Assembly (NCBI GenBank): GCA_016927395.1
Contig: JAFGMU010000009.1
Coordinates: 1-49,617 of the forward strand
Reading direction: 5' to 3'
DNA from: Alphaproteobacteria bacterium
GTDB lineage: Bacteria; Pseudomonadota; Alphaproteobacteria; Rs-D84
DNA length: 49,617 nucleotides
Made by a program: the position numbers and the translations under genes. This document shows positions 25,881-34,745 of the stretch, one piece after another; positions within the stretch are counted from its first letter, which is position 1; the number at the start of each line of letters is the position of its first letter. The notes below the pieces were generated by a model. It had not been told where the DNA came from and ran no database searches. It worked only from the letters and a program-made list of their open reading frames with translations.

Positions 25881-26111
25881 ATGGCATTTCAAAATAAAAA
25901 CTTGTCTGTGATTGCTTATGCTAATGGATTTACTCTGTGGCATTATGCAGCTGCTGAAACATTGGCAACAATTACTGCAACTGGTTATTTTAATAGTGTT
26001 AAAACTTTGATGAATATTGGCGATATTATTATTGTTAATGCATCGGATAACACTTCGATTAAAAAAATCAATATTACGGAACTTAACGTAACAACAAACG
26101 CTTTGGCATAA
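25881..26111 (+). CDS. small virion-associated hypothetical protein (76 aa)
   Basis: Good SD (aaaggaaaa). Co-transcribed with the capsid gene and followed by a terminator. Confidence 0.5.
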   Translation: MAFQNKNLSVIAYANGFTLWHYAAAETLATITATGYFNSVKTLMNIGDIIIVNASDNTSIKKINITELNVTTNALA

Positions 26112-26130
26112 TTTTTAGCACAATTAAAAA

Positions 26131-26167
26131 AAGACCAAGAGATTTTAATCTAGTGGTCTTTTTTTTA
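26131..26167 (+). terminator. terminator after the capsid unit
   Basis: AAGACCA...TGGTCTTtttttt compound hairpin. Confidence 0.7.
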
Positions 26168-26182
26168 ACACAGGATTTACAA

Positions 26183-26701
26183 ATGCTTACAAAAATTGAT
26201 TTGTGTTCTTTTGCACTGTTGAAACTGGGCGAAGAACCAATACAATCCCTGACTGATAATTCTGCTTCTGCTCAATTATCCAGGACACTTTTTGATCCAG
26301 TTGTCGAAACTTTGATTGCTTCGCATCCATGGCGATTCGCACAGAAGAAATTTGAATTAACAAAAACGGCTGATGATGTATTTTTGATACCTTCTGAAGT
26401 TCTGAGAGTTCTGAAATGTCCAGGAGAAGTAATAGGAAATACAATTATTTCTTCCAGTGATGTGATTTCAATTTCAGCAATAGTTCGCACATCAGTTGAA
26501 TATTTCCCAAGTTATTTTGTATCACTGGCCGCAACCAAGCTGGCAATGGAGTTTTGTATCCCATTGTTAGGTGATCAAAATGTTTTCAGAATGCTGGCAG
26601 CATTATACGAATCAGAGTTGCGCGTTGCAAAGTTTATAGACAGCACGATTTCGGTAAATACTGATATCAGAGATTTTTCGCTGGTCAGTGCACGTTTTTA
26701 A
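26183..26701 (+). CDS. tail tubular protein A, T7 gp11-like
   Basis: IDLCSFALLKLGEEPIQSLTDNSASAQLSRTLFD...HPWRFA parallels T7 gp11 (NDILASIGEPPVSTLEGD...A...GWTFN). Confidence 0.65.
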   Translation: MLTKIDLCSFALLKLGEEPIQSLTDNSASAQLSRTLFDPVVETLIASHPWRFAQKKFELTKTADDVFLIPSEVLRVLKCPGEVIGNTIISSSDVISISAIVRTSVEYFPSYFVSLAATKLAMEFCIPLLGDQNVFRMLAALYESELRVAKFIDSTISVNTDIRDFSLVSARF

Positions 26702-26725
26702 TATTTTTTACAAAGAGCAAATATC

Positions 26726-28438
26726 ATGGGAAACTTTATTTATACTCAAAACTCTTTTGCATCCGGAGAAGTGTCATCGGAATTTTTTGCACGTGAAAAT
26801 CTGAACGGGTTGTCAAAATTAGAAAATATGGATGTTATATCCAGTGGGGCTTTGTCCAGACGACGTGGTTTAATGAATGTATCAGAAACGATTGCTGGGA
26901 CACGATTAATACCTTTCTCTGTTAACGAAGATGAAAATTATATACTGGCATTGACTGATGGTCATATAAACGTTTTTTATAACGGATCAAAAATCCAAGA
27001 TATTATTTCACCATGGAACGAATCTAGTTTGGAAAAATTGCAGTATGCACAAAGATTTGGAACAATGATATTTGTTCATCCCGATTATCAACCCCATGTT
27101 CTGAAAAAAGGAATAATAAATTTTGAATTATCAGTTTTTAGTTTTTCATCAAATGATGATATGACTGTAAATATACCTTTTATGAAATTTGATGACGCCA
27201 GTGGAATAAAAATAACAGTAACAACAAGCGCGTACGGTAATAGTTATGCAACATTTACCACAAATAAAAATTTCTGGAACAGCACCAATGTTGGTGGTCG
27301 ATTATATTTGTTGGGAAAACAATGGATAGTTTATGAATATGTCAGCCCCACAGTTATAATAGCAAATCTTAATGGAAGTTATGTACTTCCGGGATCTGCT
27401 GTATCAGACTGGTCCGAGGCAGCATTTGGTACACGTCGTGGCTGGCCATGCAGTATTTCTTTTCATCAAGACAGATTGGTTTTTGGGGGTTCACGTGAAT
27501 GGCCCAGCGGTGTATGGATGTCCAAAGTCGGAAATCATAACAATTTTGATGCAGGCACAGGATTAGATGACGAAGCAATATTTATAACACTGTTGTCAGA
27601 ACAGCGTCAACAAATTTGCACAGTTGTCAGCAGTGATAATTTACAAATTCTGACATCAACAGGTGAATGGGCAATATCAAATAAACCATTAATACCATCA
27701 TCGGTTGATATAAAACAGCACACATCGGTTGGCAGTTTTTCTGAAAGATACTTGCCACCACAGAAAATAGAAGGCAGTACGGTTTTTATATCAAACAGTA
27801 AAAAAGATATTCGCGAATTGTCTTTGGACGAACTGAGTGAAAACTATAACGCGACTGATTTGTGTTCTTTGTCAAAGCACCTTATGGATAATCCAATAGA
27901 TTTGGCATACAACGATCAAACCGGTCAATTGTTTATAGTTATGCAAAATGGAGATATGGCTGTTTTAAATAAAAATTCAAATCTGGGTGTTTCTGCGTGG
28001 GGAATTTATAAAACCCAGGGAAATTTCGAATCTGTTGCAGTTATGGATGGTGAAACATATGTTTCTGTTAAACGTAATGATAAGACTTTTATAGAAAAGT
28101 TTTCAGATTTGGCCTTAATCGATAATGGAATTTATGGATTTTCATATGCAGCGTATGGGTTGCCTTTATTAAGTGCAAAAAATTCACCGACAAAAATCAG
28201 AATACGAAAAATCAGCGCGCGTGTTCTGAATACAAAATCATTGTTTATAAATGGGTTTCGCGCACCATTGCCCAATGAAGCATATTCAGATGATTCGCCA
28301 GGATATTCAGGCGATGTGTCTATAAATTTGTTGGGGTCATCAACAGACATAATCCAACCAGTGTGGAAAATAGAAAGCAGTGAACAACTGCCAACAACGG
28401 TTCTGTCACTAAGCGTTAATGGTTGGTACATGGTTTAA
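26726..28438 (+). CDS. tail tubular protein B, T7 gp12-like (short, 570 aa)
   Basis: N-terminus NSFASGEVSSEF...NMDVISSGALSRRRGL...ENYILALTDGHINVF parallels gp12 (KGGISQQP...GLQKRPP...YYAVFTNGDIRVF). Position is after gp11-like. Confidence 0.6.
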   Translation: MGNFIYTQNSFASGEVSSEFFARENLNGLSKLENMDVISSGALSRRRGLMNVSETIAGTRLIPFSVNEDENYILALTDGHINVFYNGSKIQDIISPWNESSLEKLQYAQRFGTMIFVHPDYQPHVLKKGIINFELSVFSFSSNDDMTVNIPFMKFDDASGIKITVTTSAYGNSYATFTTNKNFWNSTNVGGRLYLLGKQWIVYEYVSPTVIIANLNGSYVLPGSAVSDWSEAAFGTRRGWPCSISFHQDRLVFGGSREWPSGVWMSKVGNHNNFDAGTGLDDEAIFITLLSEQRQQICTVVSSDNLQILTSTGEWAISNKPLIPSSVDIKQHTSVGSFSERYLPPQKIEGSTVFISNSKKDIRELSLDELSENYNATDLCSLSKHLMDNPIDLAYNDQTGQLFIVMQNGDMAVLNKNSNLGVSAWGIYKTQGNFESVAVMDGETYVSVKRNDKTFIEKFSDLALIDNGIYGFSYAAYGLPLLSAKNSPTKIRIRKISARVLNTKSLFINGFRAPLPNEAYSDDSPGYSGDVSINLLGSSTDIIQPVWKIESSEQLPTTVLSLSVNGWYMV

Positions 28439-28459
28439 CCATATCCAAAGGAGAAAATA

Positions 28460-28807
28460 ATGTCACAAATAGTATCTGATGTAACAGATGTTTTGAATAA
28501 TAAAAAATCAGAAAAAGAAGCAGATAATTCAAGAAAAAAAATATTGGCACAAATTGCGGCCGATGAAAAAGCAAAAACAAATTTGGTAAAAAAAACGCTA
28601 GCAACCCAACGTGCTAAATACGGTGCTGCTGGGATGTCCAGCAGTGGAATGACCGAAGAAGCCGTTTTGAAAAGGCTGCGTGAAGAAACCGAAGAACCAT
28701 ATAACGAAAAGAAAAGAACAAATTTGGAAAAGTTAAAGAATGTAAAAGCAAAAAAGACAAATCTTTTGGGTTCATTGGTTTCAAATTTAGACAATCTGTT
28801 CAAATAA
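28460..28807 (+). CDS. Lys-rich coiled-coil protein, the only ORF in the slot where T7 has internal virion proteins
   Basis: 115 aa with strong SD (aaaggagaaaataATG). No motif. Confidence 0.5.
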   Translation: MSQIVSDVTDVLNNKKSEKEADNSRKKILAQIAADEKAKTNLVKKTLATQRAKYGAAGMSSSGMTEEAVLKRLREETEEPYNEKKRTNLEKLKNVKAKKTNLLGSLVSNLDNLFK

Positions 28808-28832
28808 AAAATAATTTATACGGAGTTAAACT

Positions 28833-29381
28833 ATGTATAAAGTTTCATACTTTGGTGATGGTCAGACTTTGGAATTTATTTTTGTATTTCCTTTCTTTCA
28901 AGAATCAGATATTCGTGTTGCACTGAACGAAGAGGTTTTAGATTTTTCGCAGTATAGCGTTAAAATTAATCCAGAATTTGATGGTGGTACAGTAATGTTT
29001 GCTGTGCCCCCAATCGAAGGTACAAAAATAGACATATTCAGACAAATAAGTCTAGAAAGAACAATTGATTACCAGCCGACTGTAAAAATAGATCCAGAAA
29101 ATCTTAATACTGATTTTAATTTTATATTGGAAGCATTTAAAGATTTTAAATCAATAGATGTTGATTTTGCAGAATGGAAAAATATTCACGATAATGTAGT
29201 GTCCAGTATTGAATACACAATCAGTCTAATAGAAGATAAACTTTCCGGCGGCGGTGTTTTAGGTTTGTATAACAATTTATTATCAGTACTTGCCAGTGCT
29301 GTGCCGAATTTAATAAATGATTATGGTTCAATAGCTGAAATTGCAAATAATGAAAACGCAGACGATTACGGAATATTATAA
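28833..29381 (+). CDS. tail fibre N-terminal (particle-attachment) domain only, T7 gp17-like
   Basis: VSYFGDGQTLEFIFVFPFFQESDIRVALNEEVL..YSV...GTKIDIFRQISLERTIDYQ...ENLNTDFNF follows the Phage_T7_tail pattern (YQLDGSNRDFNIPFEYLARKFVVVTL...IELRRVTS..RLVDF..ILRAYDLN). It stops at 182 aa vs 553 aa in T7. Confidence 0.65.
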   Translation: MYKVSYFGDGQTLEFIFVFPFFQESDIRVALNEEVLDFSQYSVKINPEFDGGTVMFAVPPIEGTKIDIFRQISLERTIDYQPTVKIDPENLNTDFNFILEAFKDFKSIDVDFAEWKNIHDNVVSSIEYTISLIEDKLSGGGVLGLYNNLLSVLASAVPNLINDYGSIAEIANNENADDYGIL

Positions 29382-29958
29382 ATTTTTAGATGAATGGAAT
29401 AAACTGTTGAATCTGGATACTCCAAAACATCATAAACAAATAACAGAGTTTTTGGCTGATGTTTTCGAAAATTCACCAAAACGCGGATTGCTGATGGCTT
29501 TTCGACATTCTGGAAAGTCGTCTGTTGTAGGAATTTTTGCAGCATGTGTTTTGTATCTTTATCCACAAACAAGAATACTGATTTTATCTGCAGAAACAAA
29601 ATTGTCTTCTCGGATGGTTTCGCACATAAAACATATCTTGGAAAATCATCCAAAGTGTAGTGATATGTTACCAGATGTAAAAAAAGAATGGGGTTCGCAC
29701 AAGATAACAATCGAGCGTCCAATTGGAATTCGTGAACCGTCTGTGATTTGTCAGGGAATTCATGGAAACGTAACTGGTTTGCGTGCAGATTTGATAATTT
29801 GCGATGACGTAGAAGTTCCAAATACAAGTAACACAAATCAAAAGCGTGAAAGTTTGCGTGAAAGATTGCGTGAATTAGATTTTATATTATCACCAAACGG
29901 GGCAATGATTTACATTGGCACCCCACATACAGTTGATACTATTTATCGCGTGGAATAA
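29350..29958 (+). CDS. large terminase, N-terminal ATPase fragment
   Basis: Walker A FRHSGKSS, Walker B DLIICDDVE, coupling motif YIGTPHT. A stop follows ...VDTIYRVE. Confidence 0.75.
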   Translation: MKTQTITEYYKFLDEWNKLLNLDTPKHHKQITEFLADVFENSPKRGLLMAFRHSGKSSVVGIFAACVLYLYPQTRILILSAETKLSSRMVSHIKHILENHPKCSDMLPDVKKEWGSHKITIERPIGIREPSVICQGIHGNVTGLRADLIICDDVEVPNTSNTNQKRESLRERLRELDFILSPNGAMIYIGTPHTVDTIYRVE

Positions 29959-29960
29959 AA

Positions 29961-29986
29961 AAAAGCATCTAAATTTAGATGCTTTT
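29961..29986. terminator. perfectly palindromic bidirectional terminator at the left edge of the inserted block
   Basis: AAAAGCATCTAAATTTAGATGCTTTT. Confidence 0.8.
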
Positions 29987-29991
29987 AAAAT

Positions 29992-30627
29992 TTATATACT
30001 GCTGACGAATATACGAAGCTTGGAAAGAATTTCTTTTCCCTGGTCACCGAACATAGGAAGATAAGTCTCGTATTCTGGTAAATCTGCTTGGATACGTGCG
30101 CGTGAGCGTTCTGATAGTGGTGCTGCCAAAATATCATTAGCAACTTTCCATAAATAATATGCACGTGCAGTTTTTATAACATTATTCCATTTTTCCATCA
30201 ATTCATGGTTGCTGGAAAGAGCAGAGCGTATAGCAACTTGCCATTCGTCACCAAATCTTTTCACAACATTTAAAGATTTGATTTTGTTAAGACCGTCTAA
30301 GTCTGGAGCAAATTCAGCAAGTGCGTTTTCAAGTTCTGCAACTTCGGATTCGGAAAGATGAATTGATACAATTGATTCTGACATTAAACCGCCATAGGGA
30401 ACCAAATCAGGAGAAATAGAGTCCATAGGTGTTTTGCCACTCCGCAGATTTTCAATATGTTGTGCCAACATACGTCCAGTTGGTAATTCTTTGATTTCCA
30501 AAATTACTTCTGTATCAGCTTCTTTAACGAAAATCTGGTTTACGGTTTTCCATCCACCAAAAATAACATGATGTTGACGATAAAGATTCAAAAGCTTTTG
30601 TGCAATTACGCTCGGCTTAGTTTTCAT
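29992..30627 (-). CDS. hypothetical protein (211 aa) downstream of the dual-HTH regulator
   Basis: SD ggagag before the ATG. No motif recognised. Confidence 0.6.
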   Translation of the reverse strand: MKTKPSVIAQKLLNLYRQHHVIFGGWKTVNQIFVKEADTEVILEIKELPTGRMLAQHIENLRSGKTPMDSISPDLVPYGGLMSESIVSIHLSESEVAELENALAEFAPDLDGLNKIKSLNVVKRFGDEWQVAIRSALSSNHELMEKWNNVIKTARAYYLWKVANDILAAPLSERSRARIQADLPEYETYLPMFGDQGKEILSKLRIFVSSI

Positions 30628-30646
30628 CACTCTCTCCGTGAACTTT

Positions 30647-31654
30647 TTATTCCATGACGATCATAACAACTTTGTGCATAGTTTTATAAGTTATCTTTTC
30701 GTCAGGGGATAAAACTTGTCCGTAAACGTTCCCTTTGGAATCTTCGCGAACGATTGCAATTTGTGCATTAGCAGAACTGTCAAATCCCAGTTTTTCAAAA
30801 TCAGCATCAACAAAAACCGCCATATCACCAACAACAGGTTTCTTTTCAGAATCTGCAAAAATATAAGATTTTTCAGGAATTGTGCTGCCTAAACGTTTTG
30901 TATTTGGAATTACAGCATAGATTCCTTTGCGACCTTCCAAGCTGATTGGAGAAACAATCATTGTTTTATCAGATTTTTTGAAAGATATATTTTTTCCGTT
31001 TGGTGTTCCAAAAACAGGGGCCAGTTTTTTACGAGCGCTGTCATATAATTTTGCACCGTACAAACTTCCTGGTAAATCAATTCCAGACAAAGGACTGCCT
31101 GGTATTAATACAGATTTTACACGTTCTTTGACCTTGTTTATTTGTTTGTTCAAATCACCGGATTTATATAATTTTGCAACTTCGTCAAACATTGTTGCAA
31201 CAGAGTGTTTGAATGATTTGGCCAAAGGTTCGATTTCTTTTTCATAAACTTCGCGTTGTCCAACTTCGATTTTATGATAAACAGACAATGTCATACCTGC
31301 ATCTTTGGCGGCCTGGGCGATTGTTTTTCCAGCCTTTTGACGAATTTTGCGCAAGCCACTACCGAATATTTTCAGTCCGCTGCCTTCGTTGTCTGTCAGT
31401 CTGCGTTTGATTTCATTTTGCCAAACATCTGCGACTTCATCGGATTCACGAATAAATATATCGGAAAGTTTGCATCCCAAGATATTGCAAATATTCAACA
31501 ATTGTTTTTGATTCAGACGACGTACGCCTTTTTCAATTTTTGAAACAGCAGATAAAGAAAGTTTTGCACGTCTGGATAATTCGGTCATTTTCATACCATT
31601 TGCCAAACGAATATTTCTGATGTTATTTGGGAATATAATTTCTTCCTGAGCCAT
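30647..31654 (-). CDS. XRE-family regulator with two HTH domains and a C-terminal beta-rich (S24-like?) domain
   Basis: IRNIRLANGMKMTELSRRAKLSLSAVSKIEKG and LRKIRQKAGKTIAQAAKDAGMTLSVYHKIEVG are two HTH_3 units. The C-terminus has ...VVGDMAVFV... without a clear Ser/Lys dyad. Start set at MAQEE (SD aaggggg). Confidence 0.7.
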   Translation of the reverse strand: MAQEEIIFPNNIRNIRLANGMKMTELSRRAKLSLSAVSKIEKGVRRLNQKQLLNICNILGCKLSDIFIRESDEVADVWQNEIKRRLTDNEGSGLKIFGSGLRKIRQKAGKTIAQAAKDAGMTLSVYHKIEVGQREVYEKEIEPLAKSFKHSVATMFDEVAKLYKSGDLNKQINKVKERVKSVLIPGSPLSGIDLPGSLYGAKLYDSARKKLAPVFGTPNGKNISFKKSDKTMIVSPISLEGRKGIYAVIPNTKRLGSTIPEKSYIFADSEKKPVVGDMAVFVDADFEKLGFDSSANAQIAIVREDSKGNVYGQVLSPDEKITYKTMHKVVMIVME

Positions 31655-31730
31655 GACAAACCCCCTTGTTGACAAAAATGTTAGTCAATTTTTTATAAGT
31701 TCGCAAGAGAAATAATTTAGGAAAGTATTT

Positions 31731-33299
31731 TTAGTATTGAATATTGTCTGAAATATTATTCAAATCTGGTTCATTATTATCTTTCTTTGAACCAAAAGAG
31801 TTTGTTTTTGGTTCCGCAAAAGAATTGTACCCACTGTTACCATGGTCAAATTCATCCAAATCTTCGAATAAACTGTATTCACCTTTGAATGCCAGGCGCA
31901 TAGTTTCTGGTTTTCCGTGACGGTTTTTGCCGACTATGATTTCGGCTTTGCCGCGGGCATCGTTCAAACGTTTTGCCCATTCTTCATGTTCTTTTTGCAA
32001 GAACTGGTCACTGCGGCCGGAAATTTTATACATCGGGTCACGACCGTCCAGATAATATTCTTCGCGGTATGTAAACATTACAATGTCAGCGTCTTGTTCA
32101 ATTGATCCTGATTCACGCAAATCTGACAACTGTGGTCGTTTATCTGTTCTGTCTTTGGATTCGACATTACGTGATAACTGGGACAGGGCGATAACTGGGA
32201 CATCCAATTCCTTGGCCAGCATTTTTAAACCACGAGTTATTTCAGAAATTTCGTTAACACGATTGTCGCTGCGTCTTCCACCAGGGGATGTCATCAACTG
32301 TAAATAGTCAATTACAATCAATGCAATTCCGCCGTGTTTACGTGCAATTCTGCGTGCGCGTGTACGCATCATTGGAACGGACATTCCAGGTGTGTCGTCA
32401 AAATACAACGGTACCTTGGACAGTGCATCTGAATATTGTGACATTTTCAGGAAATCTTCGTCTGTTAATGATCCGTTGCGCATAGAGCTGCTGGAAATTT
32501 TTGTCTGCGAAGACAGAACACGTGATGCTAACTGCGAAGCAGACATTTCAAGACTGAAAAATACAACTGCGCCTTTGTATTTTTTGTTTGCTCGTTCTGA
32601 TAAAATAGCACTGGCCGCATTAAATGCAATATTCATTGCAAATGTGGTTTTACCCATCGCAGGACGTCCAGCAATTATAATCAGGTCAGAATGATGAAGA
32701 CCACTGATAGATTTATCCAGTTCACGAAATCCAGTTGTCAGACCAGAAAGTTTACCATCGGCCTTGTATGCGATTTCGGCTTCTTCCAGTGCTTCGCGTA
32801 ACGCGCTGGAAATAGGCATTGCGCCTTTTTCAGTAGAGCCCGCAACAGATAAATCAAAAAGTCTTTTTTCTGCAGATTCAATTTGTGTAGAAACAGGATT
32901 TTCCAAATCTTCTATGAATGCAGAATCGGTTATGTCTTGGCCCAGGTTTATTAATTCACGACGAAGTGCGTTTTCATAAACAATACGTCCATATTGTTCA
33001 GCGTTAACAACTGTTGTTCCTGCACCTGACAATTGTGTCAGATAATCAATTCCGCCAACGGATTCCAAGACACCCTGTTGTTCCAGATAATTTTTTGCTG
33101 TGATAATATCAAATGGAATTCCAGCTGCGAATTGTTTTTCAGCTAGTTTATAAATTTCCTTATGGGCAGGATGTGTAAAGTGATCAGGTCTTAGAAATTC
33201 AGACATGCGTTCCAAGGCGCGGTTATTCACCAGTACCGCTGCCAAGACTGCTTGTTCTGCTTCCAAGTTTGTCGGTAAAGTTTTCGGAGTAAAATCCAT
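31731..33299 (-). CDS. dnaB: replicative DNA helicase DnaB (522 aa, with a low-complexity C-terminal tail)
   Basis: LPTNLEAEQAVLAAVL N-terminus, GRPAMGKTTFAMNIA Walker A, IVIDYLQLM, ALSQLSR, ESGSIEQDAD. Confidence 0.95.
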   Translation of the reverse strand: MDFTPKTLPTNLEAEQAVLAAVLVNNRALERMSEFLRPDHFTHPAHKEIYKLAEKQFAAGIPFDIITAKNYLEQQGVLESVGGIDYLTQLSGAGTTVVNAEQYGRIVYENALRRELINLGQDITDSAFIEDLENPVSTQIESAEKRLFDLSVAGSTEKGAMPISSALREALEEAEIAYKADGKLSGLTTGFRELDKSISGLHHSDLIIIAGRPAMGKTTFAMNIAFNAASAILSERANKKYKGAVVFFSLEMSASQLASRVLSSQTKISSSSMRNGSLTDEDFLKMSQYSDALSKVPLYFDDTPGMSVPMMRTRARRIARKHGGIALIVIDYLQLMTSPGGRRSDNRVNEISEITRGLKMLAKELDVPVIALSQLSRNVESKDRTDKRPQLSDLRESGSIEQDADIVMFTYREEYYLDGRDPMYKISGRSDQFLQKEHEEWAKRLNDARGKAEIIVGKNRHGKPETMRLAFKGEYSLFEDLDEFDHGNSGYNSFAEPKTNSFGSKKDNNEPDLNNISDNIQY

Positions 33300-34146
33300 G
33301 GCAGATATAGTATATCAAAATTTTCAATTTTCAACGCCTTTTTTAAGAGGGTATAAAGAGCTTAGAATTCCGGTACTGAATTCCCACGGAATATCAGCAT
33401 GGCCAGAGCTTTTTCCGTTGGAAAAAATAGAAGAAATGCGCGATATTGTCGGCCCCAGACATTTTTCTTCGCAGATGATGTTGGAATATGTTAACGAAGA
33501 TAAAGCCAGATTAGATCCCGGTGCACTACATTTTTACGATTATAATTTTGATTCAAATAATGCAAAGTTGGGGGATAATTTGATAACAGGTGCTGCGATG
33601 TATTGGGATCCAAGTGGTGGTATGGCAAAATCAGACAACAGCGTTTGTGTTTTGATTTATAGAGATGATAGAAACCGTCGTATATTTATCCAAGATGTAA
33701 AATATTTAACCGTAGATGATAATGATTTTCACCCTTTGGCGACCCAATGTGAATCAATTTTGAATTTTATGCAGGTTCATAACCAAAAAAAAATCGCAAT
33801 TGAAGTAAATGGAATGGGAAATGCTTTGCCAGAAATATTACGCGAAGCTGCTATGAAACGTGGGCAATCAGTTCTGGTTCAAAAAATAGTCAGCAATCTG
33901 AATAAAGAAAAAAGAATACTGAATGCAATAGAGCCATTGTTAACAACGGGTCGGTTATATGCGCATGAAAAAATAAAATCTACTCCGCTATTATCTGAAA
34001 TGCTGGGGTGGTCACCATTGATGTCAAACAACAAAGACGATGGCTTGGACGCTTTGGCTGGGGCTATGCAATTACAACCTACGATAATCAGGACGTTGTC
34101 CAGTAAATTACGACCGTTAAAAGCAAAAATCGATTTTAAAGTTTGA
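33298..34146 (+). CDS. large terminase, C-terminal nuclease fragment
   Basis: WPELFPLEKIEEMRDIVGPRHFSSQMMLE, YWDPSGGMAKSDNSVCVL, IAIEVNGMG and KDDGLDALAGAM are RNase-H-like terminase nuclease motifs. The ATG interlocks with the dnaB ATG (CATG at 33297-33300). Confidence 0.75.
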   Translation: MADIVYQNFQFSTPFLRGYKELRIPVLNSHGISAWPELFPLEKIEEMRDIVGPRHFSSQMMLEYVNEDKARLDPGALHFYDYNFDSNNAKLGDNLITGAAMYWDPSGGMAKSDNSVCVLIYRDDRNRRIFIQDVKYLTVDDNDFHPLATQCESILNFMQVHNQKKIAIEVNGMGNALPEILREAAMKRGQSVLVQKIVSNLNKEKRILNAIEPLLTTGRLYAHEKIKSTPLLSEMLGWSPLMSNNKDDGLDALAGAMQLQPTIIRTLSSKLRPLKAKIDFKV

Positions 34147-34149
34147 ATA

Positions 34150-34743
34150 TTATTGTGCGTAATTGCACGTACCAGTGTCGATTATATAACTGCCCTTGGT
34201 ATTACTTCCAGTTTTTCCAGCCGAAAGATAACAACCAGTTATTGATGTGCTGCCTGAACTTGATGTGGCATTTGAATTTCCGGTTGCTAATACACAACTT
34301 ACACAATTGGAACCGTTGTAATAATAACCTGCGTTGCAAACAACACTTCCGGTTGTACACGTTGCATTTGATGGACATGGACTGCATGTCGTACTTGAAC
34401 TTAGATAATAACCGGAATTACAAACAATTGTACCAGTTGTACAAGTTGCATTTGATGGACATGGACTGCATGCTGTACTGGAACTTTTATAATATCCGGA
34501 ATTACATGTGAATGTTGATGGATTTATAGCTTCTCCAGAACATGTTGCATTTGCAGGGCATGCGACGCAGCCTGTATAACTGCTGGTTGCTGTTCCATAA
34601 TATCCAAATGCACAGAAATAAATAATTGGACAACTTAAACAACTTGAGCCAGATGGAGTACAAATAGGATATAAGGCAGAAAAAGCACCAGTCACTGAAA
34701 CAGCATAAATAAATAAAGAAAAAATATAAGTTTTAATTTTCAT
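34150..34743 (-). CDS. secreted cysteine-rich repeat protein (197 aa, ~20 Cys)
   Basis: Signal peptide MKIKTYIFSLFIYAVSVTGAFS. Repeated C-N-S-G-Y-Y-x5-C-S-P-C-P-S-N-A-T-C-T-T-G units (CxxC spacing). Confidence 0.75.
   Translation of the reverse strand: MKIKTYIFSLFIYAVSVTGAFSALYPICTPSGSSCLSCPIIYFCAFGYYGTATSSYTGCVACPANATCSGEAINPSTFTCNSGYYKSSSTACSPCPSNATCTTGTIVCNSGYYLSSSTTCSPCPSNATCTTGSVVCNAGYYYNGSNCVSCVLATGNSNATSSSGSTSITGCYLSAGKTGSNTKGSYIIDTGTCNYAQ
34339..34506 (-). repeat. two near-identical 84-nt (28-codon) tandem repeats inside the Cys-rich gene
   Basis: CNSGYYKSSSTACSPCPSNATCTTGTIV / CNSGYYLSSSTTCSPCPSNATCTTGSVV. Confidence 0.85.
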
Positions 34744-34745
34744 TT

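Noticed and set aside
33205-33297. N-terminal extension of the terminase C-fragment ORF (track start 33205)
   Set aside because: The extension is antisense to the dnaB N-terminal codons and has no terminase similarity. Homology starts at about MADIVYQNF (33298).
29990-33330. Terminal inverted or direct repeats that would mark the dnaB block as a transposon
   Set aside because: Only weak similarity was seen (gcagtatata vs gcagatatagtatat). No transposase is present, so I cannot support a mobile-element call by eye.
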